From Amoebidium appalachense (Eukaryota > Protista > Ichthyosporea): DNA of 64,000 nucleotides. This document shows, piece after piece, positions 1 through 55,914 of this stretch; position 1 is the stretch's first letter; each line of letters starts with the position of its first letter. Under the pieces are notes generated by a model. The model searched no databases and was not told where the DNA came from. It worked only from the letters and a program-made list of their open reading frames with translations. A program made the position numbers and the translations under genes. The DNA lies in the NCBI GenBank assembly GCA_963693365.1, contig CAVNZM010000014.1, positions 2,914,001-2,978,000 on the forward strand, written 5' to 3'.

Positions 1-142
1 ACACGTGCACATGCACACGCACGAAAACACACAATCACGAACTAGCATATACACAAGCACTAACGAACCCACAAACGTTTACACACATGCACACAAACAT
101 CCAAAGGCTCGCACAGATGTGTGCACACATACACACAGACAT

Positions 143-207
<65 letters not shown>

Positions 208-299
208 CATGTGCACACACACACACACACACACACCTGCAACCCCCCCCCCCACACACACACACACACCCTTCCCTCACACACACACACACACCTCAG

Positions 300-12670
<12,371 letters not shown>

Positions 12671-13122
12671 ATATGGCAATGGAATTCTTTTTAAAATAGC
12701 GTTGCAATTGACGATGCTTGTAATGATAACGACATTGAATGAAGGATCGGATTGTAGCCAACAATACTATGTTATGTAGTGCTAATAACACACGTTTTTA
12801 TTTTTTTATTTTGTATGTTCATAAGTCTGCCATAATAAGACGTAAATGGCTTTTTATGGGATAAGCTGCCACTGTAAAGCATGGATCCAACGCCATGCAC
12901 AGGAAATAAACGGGTACCAACCCGGCATTACGTTACTAGTTGTACATGCATTTCATTACATAGTTTATTGAAGCAAGAAATGATCAAATAAATAAAGTAA
13001 CCAAAAACAAAAATCACATGCACACACACCCATAGCATGAAACCTATCCACATAAAATATGTCTGCTCATACATCCAAATGAACCCCTACCCACCCACCT
13101 GCCCACACAGACATTACACACG

Positions 13123-13161
<39 letters not shown>

Positions 13162-13235
13162 ACACACATACACACACACACACACACACGCGCGCGCGCG
13201 CACGTGCGCGCACAGACACACACACACACACACGT

Positions 13236-13298
<63 letters not shown>

Positions 13299-13486
13299 TC
13301 CTGCACATTCGTTACCCCGGGTACCTCTTACTCATCTCATCATCTCATACATTCATCATCAATCCTTCAATGAAATTTCATCAGAAAGACATTGGGACGG
13401 CAATAAACCCACTCGGTAGTGCCTAATTCTGTCTCCCAGTAGATGGGGTTCTTGGGAAATGTTTTTTTTGTTTTTTTTTTTTTTGT

Positions 13487-13525
<39 letters not shown>

Positions 13526-13589
13526 CGAAGAGAGGCTGACAAATTTCACCAAGGTCTGCAGGATCCGACAAGCTTTCGACCAAATTTCA

Positions 13590-22843
<9,254 letters not shown>

Positions 22844-23019
22844 CCTGTGTATTTGCGTAAAATTGCTGTTATGAATTCAGGAAGCTCTACTTTACCTACA
22901 AAATCCGATTAATATAGCTCAAATTCTTTGACACAGAAAGGTGCAATTAGTGTATGAATTATTTTTGAAGTGACGGGTGCTCAGGAGTAGGGATTACGCA
23001 ATTAGTCTAAGGCACGTAC

Positions 23020-23218
23020 CTCTTTGAGTGAGGAAAATCGAATCCTTGATTAAAATCGTACAGCAAAAGTGACGTAAATGCCAGCCTTTGAACTTCAGAC
23101 CAAGGGGCCGCCGGGAAAAGAAAGCACCAAGTTAGTCAGATGTTTTCGCCTGTAAGGCTAACAAAGATCTAGAGCATATAAAAACGAAAGAAGAGAATCA
23201 ATTACAAAAAAGGGAAAG
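23020..23218. promoter_or_regulatory. Putative compact bidirectional promoter between the CYHR1-like gene and NUDCD1
   Basis: Head-to-head ATGs (22843 and 23219) are separated by 375 bp. A likely minus-strand 5' UTR intron (GTACGT at 23019 to CAG at 22845) leaves about 200 bp of microsatellite-free sequence. Confidence 0.55.
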
Positions 23219-33904
<10,686 letters not shown>

Positions 33905-35061
33905 GTACCATTCAATTTTATTTTCACGTATTTTATTATTTCTCTAAATGCTTTTATTTGTTTGGTTTTGTTTTTTTTTTTCGGGAAGGGGGCGGCGAGG
34001 GGGAAGGGGGGGGGGGGGGGGGGGGGGGGGGGTGTTTCAGCCACTAATGGTTTCAATGTATAGACAGGGGCCTACTGATTGGTGGTTGGTTTTTTCGTAT
34101 GGTTGGGTGGTTGCATTAATTGCACCACATTTTGAGTCAACATAGCCTGTTTACACACAAGGAGCACACGAGACGTCTTACTGGCTCCGGCGATGGTGTT
34201 CCTTTTTTTGCCGATGCTGGTTCTTAACCTTTTATTATCCTGTTCCCTCCCTTAGAGGGAAAAGGGGAGGGGGTGGGGGGGTGATGGCACCGTTTTTATT
34301 TGAAATGGTATCAAAAATGGCACCGTTTTTATTTGAAAATGTATTCCGTCACTTATGTACACAGTTGCATTGTGAATGCACTTTAAACATTCATGATAAA
34401 CATCGGACTCGGTGTTTTTTGTCCTTGTGTTGAACATAAAGGAAAGAATAAAAAGATAAAAAGAATGAAATGCCGATGGTAGGGTGACTAACATGAACGG
34501 TTGTATGCTATACGTGTTGTACCTTGTTCCTCCCCCCCCCCCCCCCCCCCCCCCCCCCTCCACCCACCCACCCCCACCCCACGCCATCCCGCAACACACA
34601 CACATACACAAACACAGGCACACACACACACACATACAAAAAAAAAAAAAAAAAAAATCAAAGAAGAAAAGGGGAAGGAAAGAAAGGAATAAAAAGAACA
34701 AGAAAAAAAATTTAAAGAACGAACGAATGAAAGCGTGGGAGGAAAAGGAAAAGATAAACGCCCACGCACAGAAAAGCGCCTGAATTCGTTTTCGTGCACA
34801 AGCACACACATCCACCCACCCACCCCGAACAGTTGCGAGGCAAATATCTCGTTATGAATTAATATTCATACAAATGCATTTTGTGTTTAATCATCAATGC
34901 CCTCAAGCTCATGGGCGAACAGAGGAGAGAAGACGAAAGAAAGAGAGAGAAAGGTGAAGAGGAACAAAGCTCATCCCTCTGTTCAACGAGGGAAAAAATG
35001 AAACCCGGAAAAAGAAACCAGAAAAGGAAGCGGGGGGAACCGTAATAAATGGTGTGTGTGT

Positions 35062-35096
<35 letters not shown>

Positions 35097-35172
35097 GAAG
35101 GAAAGAAAAGAGGGGGGGGGGGGAAAGAAGAAGAAGTTTAAAGGGGCAAAGCAAAAAGACACTCACCCCCTC

Positions 35173-35218
<46 letters not shown>

Positions 35219-35467
35219 AAAAAAAAAAAAAAAAAAAGCCCCAATATTCGAATCACCCATAACATCTCAATCATTCCATCACCGTCTCGATGTTTCCAGT
35301 TTGCTGGTAACATCGTTCACAATCTACAGTCTCCCGTCACTCCCCACCACACAAAACATCCCCCTTTTAGGTCAACGGTAATAACAAAAATAAATATACT
35401 AAGTTAATAAAGATATTAATACTAATAATGATAAAGGCTCTAATAACATTCAGCCACAACCATTCCA

Positions 35468-46448
<10,981 letters not shown>

Positions 46449-47607
46449 TGTAGCCAATAAATCGACATACGAGTTAAAAATAAATCATTAGTAAATAGAT
46501 ATGGGACCGCAAACTGAAACAAAAGTGAGATATCGGGAATATACAATCAGGGCCAAGATTCGAAATCAATTGCTCACTTCAGGCAAACCGATACAGCAAA
46601 GCGACTCAAACTTTTTCCGAAGAAAAATGACGGCGGGTTTCATTAATGCTTAATTCCCTTTATCTCATAATTATTTGAATGAAGCAGCACAAGATGGCCG
46701 TGTGGATTTATACGTTAACCTATACGTTTAAAACGAAAAAAATTAAACCAACCACGGCTTCTCCCATTTAAGTGTCTGGGTGGCGAGCAGCTGAGAGCCA
46801 CATTTCTCGGATGTCTCGCACCAATCAGAAGGCGTAAGCATGTCAGACAATATTGCCGATGTCGACATACAGTTTCACGCTATTTTCAAGCAAAGCGCCA
46901 AAAACTCTACGTGACATTACATGAACTAATGACGTCACCAATGTGGTTCACCGCCCCAGCCGCTCAAATGCGAGAAGCGGTGGTTGCGTTAAGGCCGCTT
47001 TGAAACTCCAACTGCATCTCAAAACATCATATGACCGCCATTTTAATATCACGTGTCAATCATACATGATACAACCAACTACTTTTATGCCACCCCGGGG
47101 CATTTCAGATGAAAAAAAGCAAGGGAACACGACTGAATTCATTTGCTGTACATATTCCTACCCTTTTAGTTGTTGTATATATAGAAACATTTTCTTTGCG
47201 CGCCAAAACTTCCCGCAAAACGTTTCGATGTTTGGCTAATCAGTGCGATTGCGTGTGAATAATTGGTCCATAATTTTTTGAGATCGTGATATTTCTACTT
47301 TTTTAGGTGTTTTATACTCTAGAGCCTACCAGATGTTCTTTATCAATCCGTCTGTCACGGTGCTCTTTGGGGAGAAGGGGAAGGAGGGGGGGAGGGGGGA
47401 GGGGGAGAAGAGAACGGGGAATATGGGGGGGGGGGGGGGGGGGGAGACTGGCCGTGTGTGCCTCATGCGAGTGGTTGTGTTTTTTCCAAAGTGCAGTGCG
47501 GTGGCAACAGAGAGGATCGGTGTTTGTGTTGGTGCAGTTGTATCTTTTTTAACAACTTTCCTTCATTTCTTTATTCCCCTATTGCTTTTCTTCTCCCCCT
47601 TTGCCGA

Positions 47608-47685
<78 letters not shown>

Positions 47686-47815
47686 ATCTGTACTTATGTT
47701 GTTGTGTTTCGTTTCGTTTTATTCAATTATTTTATTATTTTGTTCTATTTATTTATTTATTTATTTTATTTTATTTTTGGGGGGGGGGGGGGGGGGGGGG
47801 ATGGGGGGGACCCAC

Positions 47816-47963
47816 CATGGTCTGTGCGATTGTTTGCTGCCTGGATGTGTTGATGGCTACATAGTGGTGGTCACCAGCAAGTAGATTGTTGGTGCTGGCG
47901 TCCGGTTCGGCTGATCCAAACCTACGGTCACAGATTGAAACACGATTGACGGTTAGTCTGCAG

Positions 47964-47998
<35 letters not shown>

Positions 47999-49673
47999 CC
48001 CCCCCCTCCCCCCTGCATTCGCGTACTGAGAAAAAGAAGGAAAGAAAAAAAGAAAGATAGAAAGAAAGAAAAGAAAATAAAAAAGAAAGAAAAAGGGCAA
48101 AAAAAGAAATATTAAGGGGTGAAAGGGAAAGAGGAAAGAAAAGAAAGAAAGGAAACACACAGCGTGGCGCATGCACATACACCACGGTGTCACCACCCCA
48201 CCCACCATAAGTACAAATTGAGCCCAGTAAGATTTCTCAATTCGTAAACAACAAGATGCGATGACTTGCAACAAGCAAACAATACGAAGGGAAAAGAACA
48301 ATAAACACCCGAGCGTTAACCGACATGAGAGAATTTTTAGGCTTATGATCGGGGACAATGAAGATGGAAAGGGAAAATTTTCAACTGTTCTCTGTGTGGA
48401 GGCACCTGAGGACAGCCGGAATGTTATTGTGTGCTTGTGCGTTGGCGTGGGGGCGCGCATGCGCGCGCGCGCGCGTGTGTGTGTGTGCATGTGTGTGTGT
48501 GTGTGTGCTGTGTGTGCGCGTACGTGCGTGTGCGTGTGTGCGTGTGTGTGCGTGTGCGTCTGTGTGCATGCATGTGTGTGTGTGCGTTTGTGTGTGTATG
48601 TGTGTGCGTGCGCTGCGTGCGTGCATGGGCATGTGCGCATGCGTAGGCAGAGGTCGGGAAGCCAGAGGGTGATTGAGGACGAAGAGGTAAGTTAACCGGA
48701 CGAAAGCCCTAGGTATAGGGAGGTCACATCACGTAAACCGTTAGCAGGCAATATATATGAGATTGTTTCACCAAAATAAAACATAAACTCAATAACCATA
48801 ACCCTATGTGTGTCTGGGCCTTGAATGAGGGGGCTGCCGCCCCCCCAAACCCCCGCTAGAGGGGCCCCTTTATGTCGCTCGGGGATCGAATCGTTCTCCC
48901 CTGATTATACGTCATGGTTACGTCATCAAATCGTGTTTTGTCCAATCAGAGGCGAGGTGGGTATCGTCCCGGCTTCCGGTGAATATCTGTGAGGACGAAG
49001 AGGGGGGGGGGGGGGGGAGGTTTGGAGGAAGGTAAGGTTCAAGAACTCACATTCCAGCACCTGTAGTGTTTTCCTGTTGATGCGTGTTGCCCGAATCCGA
49101 CTTGGCAGGCAGAAAATCGAGGCTCATCGGTGCAAGATTTTCCGTATTCCCACCCCAATATCCCATATTTTGTGCAAAATGCGACGTGTCTTCCCCGTGC
49201 AACGGTGCTTGATTGTGGAGTTGGAGAAGGGCTGCCGCCGCGGCGGATTGCTTGGAAGGATCGGACATTTGACGTTCGAATTGCGTGTCTGCTTGCGAAG
49301 GTATAATTCCCGAAATCGTGTGTGTCGGGTCCCTTGCGTGCGAATTTGTGTGCGAATTTGTGTAAAAATCTGTGGACAATGAGGCTGTGTGTGGGATTGA
49401 CAGTGTCATGGTCGCACTGTTGGTGATTGTGGTGGTGGTGTGTGCGCCTGTGTCTTCGGTTGTGTGCGTGTGTTCGTCTGTGTTTGCTTCGTATGTCTGT
49501 TGTTGTTCAGTGTGTGGGTGCGGTTCTCCCTCTAAATCTGCTAGTGGGAGCGTTGGCTGGGGTGTGTCTGGTGTGTGTTGTGATGATGTCCCAGTATTCG
49601 GTGATGGAACGAAGAAATTATCGCCAAGTTCTGTGTCTTCTGCGGGGATCTCGGGTGGTTGTTGGGACGCCAT
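47816..49673 (-). CDS. Low-complexity Ser/Thr/His/Gln-rich coding exons ([18 protein letters not shown]...): probable 5' part of the WD40 gene, or a separate small gene
   Basis: Non-repetitive ~207-codon frame 49673-49051 ending at a GTGAGT donor in phase 2. Candidate exon 47957-47816 accepts phase 2 and ends ATG|GTGGGT in phase 0, which matches the exon starting at 46448. Confidence 0.5.
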
Positions 49674-51405
49674 CCTTTTTTTTTTCGTTTCTCCTTCGTG
49701 AGTGCAAACGAGGGGCCTATTCTGGTTGAAAGTTTGGTTGAAAGGCAATTCGAAACCCAGTTGTAGGAGGGGAACAGTCAAAAAGAAGAGACAAAAAGGA
49801 AACCATGTGTGTGTGTGGGTTGCGTGTGCGCGCGTGTGTAGGGGGGGGGAGGAGGAGGAGGAGGGGGGGGGGGGGGGGGAGGCAGGCCCTAGGTCTGGGC
49901 AACCAGAAACAACTACTTGAAGACAGGGGGAAGAGAAGGGACCTAGACAAGTGGAGGCCCCACCGGAAACAAAATGATCTGGAAAGAAAGATTTCGTATA
50001 TGCGTTACATCTACTCGAAGACGAAGGGTTTACATTTCTTACGTTGCCAAAAATATTGATGATGGAATCGGTGAGTAATAGAAGAAACCTTTCCACCTCA
50101 AATAAGTGAAGTCTCATCCACATTTGCTTCGAATTCCTTGTTACAAAACAGCCTCATAACATTTAGCTGTCATAAAGCACACAACAAAAGGTGAAGGGCT
50201 AAACCACCGAGCGACCTTTAAAAACGCTCATGCAGGTGCGATTGCCACACGGAACAGTGCGACCTACTCTCTACATGTACAACAACTTCCCCCTCACAAT
50301 AGATGTGTACAGATGCCCAAAGACAAAACATAGCATGCGTAAGTTGGTCAACTGATAAGCTGGGCCCGACCAGAGCCTACGTACGCACGTGTTTTCCCAA
50401 AATAGCCAGAGAGCCACAACACATGGCATATCGTGCACACTCACTGTGACTAGTGCTGTCGGAATTCAAAGATACTAATTAGGCTGTGTAGCGAGGAATT
50501 GCAGAGATTCACCGTTCAGATATAAGGTTTTAGGGTTATGATCATGACATAACAAAAGTTTCAGAGTGTAATATTCTTTTCTTCCTTGTTTTTACCTCTA
50601 AACGCCGCCCCCTTGTACAAAGAGCACAGGCGCGGGGTCTGGTGGCCCACTGGCGCCAGCGCAGCAAGAGAAAAAATAACACGAACTCCAAAATCGGTGT
50701 TTGCACTGCGTGATAGATATCGAAGTGATGATTTTGTTTTTGTTTTTTACTTTTAAAGAAGGAGAAATGAGCTTTCTACAAATTTTAAACGTTTAACAGC
50801 ATTTATGCAATTGCCGAAAGAACAAAAAAGGCTATCACGTTGGGAAAGCAAGTCGCGCTTTGATTGGTGTATTTTCTGCGGGCAGGCGCAATCATTGCCC
50901 ATCACTGAGCCACGTGACGTCACCTCTCGGCCAACCACATGTGCTCAGTGGTTGGGCAGGCAAAAGCACACCTCATGCACGCACGCTCCCGGCTAGCGTA
51001 AATACTTATGGCGGCAGTAGGGGCGGGGCAGATTTGCGTCAATTAAAAAAGTAAAAAGACATGCATCGACTACTGTATGATCTACATGACGGTGCGAGTG
51101 TGTGGCATTGTGTGGCATACGTGCGTGTATGCGTGTGCGCGCGTGCGTGTCACCGTGTGGAGCCCAGGCGTGCGTGTGTTACATGCAGATGCCATTGTGT
51201 TCCCCATGTGCGCGCCTGCAAGCGTGGGTGCCTGAGAGCCACTGTTTGTCCACTCGGAAATAATCACATTGCAGGTCTATTCATTTGCAGCCTATTCATT
51301 GATGCACCACACAGCTACCTCCGTTTTCCTCTTCCCACTATTATCTTTCCCCCCCCCCCCCCCACCCCCCCCCTTTTCTCCAACATCTGTACCTCCCTCC
51401 CTTCT

Positions 51406-51454
<49 letters not shown>

Positions 51455-51737
51455 CCCGCATGATGCAAAAGACAAAATAGAAATTGAATAGTGCCATCTT
51501 TCTCTGAGACTCTGTCGTGATGTCGATTTGCTCATGTCTGCCTCTTGGCTCCCTTTCCTCTCTCTCTCTCTCTCTTCATATTCCTTCCCCCCCCCCCCCC
51601 CCCCCCCCCTCCCTCCCTCCCCGCTAGCGCTCACACCCTCCCGGCCCTCCACTTCTCTCTCTCTATCTCTCTTCCCCCCTCTCTCCGGTTCCCCCCTCCC
51701 CCCACACATTACGGCCTTCTCCTTATAACTATCTTAC

Positions 51738-51782
<45 letters not shown>

Positions 51783-51909
51783 AAAAAAAAAAAAAAAAAG
51801 CTTTCTTCAGCTCTCGTTCTCTTTCTTTCCCCGTTTCCCGAGTCCCACATTCACAGTTACTCGCGGACCCCAGATAAAGTTTCCCTTTTCAAGCTATCTG
51901 CAGTGGCCT

Positions 51910-51952
<43 letters not shown>

Positions 51953-52934
51953 GCCCCCTCCCCCCTTCCCCCGGCGCCCGTAAAAGCAAAAACCACACGC
52001 ACACGCACAGGCATGCACAAACACATGCAGGAAGGCAGATTCGCACGCAGGTACGTACGACACACGCACACAATGTCATGCACAAACACGCACATGTACG
52101 CGTGTCACACACACACACACACACACACATTGAACAGGGCGCGACATGCGCACATGCGTACCCCTCTATATGGGCGCGACATCCGTACATACCCACCCCT
52201 CTACATGTACAGATATTTCCGCCCCCTACCCCGCACACATGCACAAACATACACATGCATACACAGGTTGGCGCACACGCTCACGAAGTTCAATGCACAC
52301 ACATGTGCACAAAAATATAATAGGCCGTGCCTTTGTTTCCTGCATCGCCCTTGTGTTTGTTCACGGTGGGTGCACGCATCTTCACATCCAGCCTGCGAAC
52401 CAAAATGTCTAAAAAACGGGTCTGGTAGGGTATGATCGGACATGAGTGTTGGGGGTGTCGAGTAGGTATCGATCGTTGTGTGTGTAGGCAAAATCCATCC
52501 CAGCCCAGACTCCAATTCCGACAACCACCACCACCCTCCTTCCCGGCCCCCGGCCCCCCCAGCCCCCCCCCCCCCCCCCCCCCCCCAACAAAAGAAAAGA
52601 GCCACATACGGCATTTCAACACAAACTGTTAAACCGAAACACACCATTTTGGTTCTGTATGCGCCAAGATTTGGGTCCCATGGCCAGTCTGTTTCCTCAT
52701 TGGCACTTTTTAACTTTATTAGTATTATAAATTTAAACCGTCGTCGACACTACCATCACTGCCTGCCACTGTGTACTCACACACCCTCCTGCATTTTGCA
52801 GCTGTTTTTTTCTCTCTCTCCATCCACCCTATCATCATTTTTACTTTTAATGCACGTGTGTGTGTCGTTAGTGGCGAGTCAGAAAGGTGCTCGATTTATA
52901 TTTTAACGGGCCAACCAGGTGCTCTGATTAAATT

Positions 52935-53514
52935 TTAGTTGTTGGAGGTGATCCAGGCCTCGTTAGTGCGGGTCCAGGGGGCAAGCTCGCTGGCTTTGAA
53001 CCAGAGAGCAATCTGCGTATTTGTGTGTGTGTGTGTGGGTGGGTGCGCGTGCGTGCGTGTGTGTGTGTAGGGGTATGTGTGTTTGTGTGTGCGCGTGCGC
53101 GTCTGTGTACGTGCCTGAGTGGAAGTAAGAGTATTTGGGTAGGTGTGCATATGTGTAGGGTGTGTTTGTGTGTGTGTAGGGAGGAGGGAAGGAGGATGAG
53201 AAAACCATTATGCACAATAGATGGTACATATAGGTCCAAAACAATAGGAGCATACGAAGAACAACCACATGCACACTCACATCCAGTAACCCAAATGCTC
53301 TCCATACTCTCCATATCAAGTGTGCAACATCGGCTTAGGAGTTTCATGATGAGGTGTGTGGGGAGTGTGGGGAGTGTGGGGTGGGGTGCAGGGGAGAGTG
53401 GCAGGCCCTAGCAGAGGGGAAAGCAGCGCGAGTCATGTCAAAGCGGAGGGAGAGGCAGCGGAAAAAGAGGCTCAGTGGTATACATACGGGTAAAAGGTGT
53501 GGGTATGTGTGTGT

Positions 53515-53563
<49 letters not shown>

Positions 53564-53677
53564 GAGGGGGGGGGGGGGGGGGGGAGATGATGCAACACAC
53601 ACTCAACACAGCCGTTCACACATACACGGTAGAGAGCAGCGGGATGCATACACACACACAACACACAACACAGCCAT

Positions 53678-53718
<41 letters not shown>

Positions 53719-54147
53719 AAGACACATGCAGACAGCCCCCCCCCCCCCCCCCCCCCCCCTTCCCCCTCCAACCCAAAACACACACATGCACACCTCGTTC
53801 TCAGCAGTCTTGAACGAGTCAGACCCGTGAATAATGTTCCTGCCAACGCTCACAGCCAAGTCGCCGCGGATGGTTCCGGGTGCGGATGCCAGGGGGTTGG
53901 TAGCACCAATCATTGCACGCGCCATCTTGATCACACCGGGGCCCTCCCAGACCATGGCCACAACGGGGCCGGAGGTCATGAAGTCAACGAGGCCACCGAA
54001 GAACGGGCGCTCCTTAAGATCATCGTAGTGCTCCTGTAATATATATATATATAAGGAGGATGAGAGAGGGGGAGGGGAGGGAGGGGGGGGGGGGGGGGGG
54101 GGGGGAGGGAGCGAGAAGAGACAACAAGAGGGAGGGATGGAGGGAAG

Positions 54148-54211
<64 letters not shown>

Positions 54212-54746
54212 AGAGAGGAGGGGGGGGGGAGGGGGGGGAGGGGGGAGGGGGGAGGGAGGGATGGAGAGAGAGAATGAGAGAAGGGGAAGGGGGGGAGGGA
54301 GAGAGGGAGAGAGAGAGAGGGGAGGGTGGGGGGTGGGGGGTTTGAATGTGGAACACGGTACGAAGTACGCATACACGAAGGACACATGCAAAGGCAAACA
54401 TTCAAGTATGCAACATAGCCATGCGCACAGTATGCGTCATAAGCAGAGCCCATCCTCAGGGAGGGCCCCGGGGGGGGGGGGGGGGGGGGGGGGACGGCTT
54501 AGGGTTAGCGTCGTTGAAAAAAGTGAAGTTGGTTCAGGTTTGTAATGAAAGGATTTTTTCCTTCGGAAATGACCGAAGGATGGGACCTTTAGTATTGAAA
54601 GCAAGTTTAGAATTGTTTGTTTCAAAATCCTAGCTGGATGTTAGTGATTGGAGAGAAGGTTAGAGGGGTGTGTGAAGGTTGAGTGATCAACCGTTAAGGA
54701 GACGTGTCGACACTGAGAAAGGGCCAAAGGACGGCGGGCGGCGGCT

Positions 54747-54777
<31 letters not shown>

Positions 54778-55225
54778 GAGAAGGGGGAAGGGATGAGAGA
54801 GAGAGAGAGAGGGGGGGGGGGGGGGATGCACATGTGTTGCTGGAATTGGGACATCGTTTTCTGCATGCCTGAGGACGTATGAACAAATTCGATCATCACT
54901 GATTGGGTATCCCCAATCCGAGAACCAGAGCAGGACACCAAAATAACCATATGTGGTTGTTAAGAGTCGTAAATCATCCAATTAGGCAAGGACGTACCCG
55001 GGCCAGGGCCTCGCTGGGCTGCAGCAGCTTCAGGCCGACCAGCTTGTAGCCCTTCTTCTCCATGCGGGAAATGATCTCACCGACCTACGTGTGTGTGTGT
55101 GTGAGTAAGGAATGTGAGTATGTGTGTGATGGTGTGTGTGTAGGTGCGTTTGTGTCGGTTTGTGTTGTGTGTTGTGTGTGTGTGCGTGCGCACGCGGGCG
55201 TTTGTGGTGGGTGGTGTGTGTGTGT

Positions 55226-55282
<57 letters not shown>

Positions 55283-55875
55283 TGGCTCAAAGGGTATGGG
55301 AAACAAAATGAAGGCAAACCAGAACTTCGAAATAAGAAACCGAAACTGACTAAATCCGTAGCCGAGCCCATCATCAGGGCGGGCGGGCGGGCGGCCGCCC
55401 GGGGGAGGGGGGGGGGGGGGGGGGGGGGGGGAGGGGGAAGAGGGGGGTTCCGTGACAGTAAAGACCATTAGCTCTATGCCGGCACTTCCCGTCATGACAT
55501 CAAAATAACGTGAGATATGTGCGATATTAATGTCACTGGAGCGTGTGTTTGGCTTTGCTTATTCCTGGTATGAGCCCCTCCTTTTTAAACATTGTGCCAC
55601 TGCCATAAAATTGAAGGGAACCCCAGAGAAAAGGAAGCCAAGTGCCGCAATAGTAGCAAATGCATAAAAATATTTTTTTTAAAAAAACATAAAACTAAAA
55701 AACTATTAGGGATACTCACCACGCCGCGCTGGACACCGTCCGGCTTGACGGCCATGAATGTGCGCTCAGTCACGGTGCCCTCAACCCCGGCAATGGAAGG
55801 GGCAGCAGACTCGGCAAGCACAGGCTTCATGTTGGCTGAAGAGAGAGGGGGGAGGGGGGGGGGGGGGGGGGGGGG

Positions 55876-55914
<39 letters not shown>

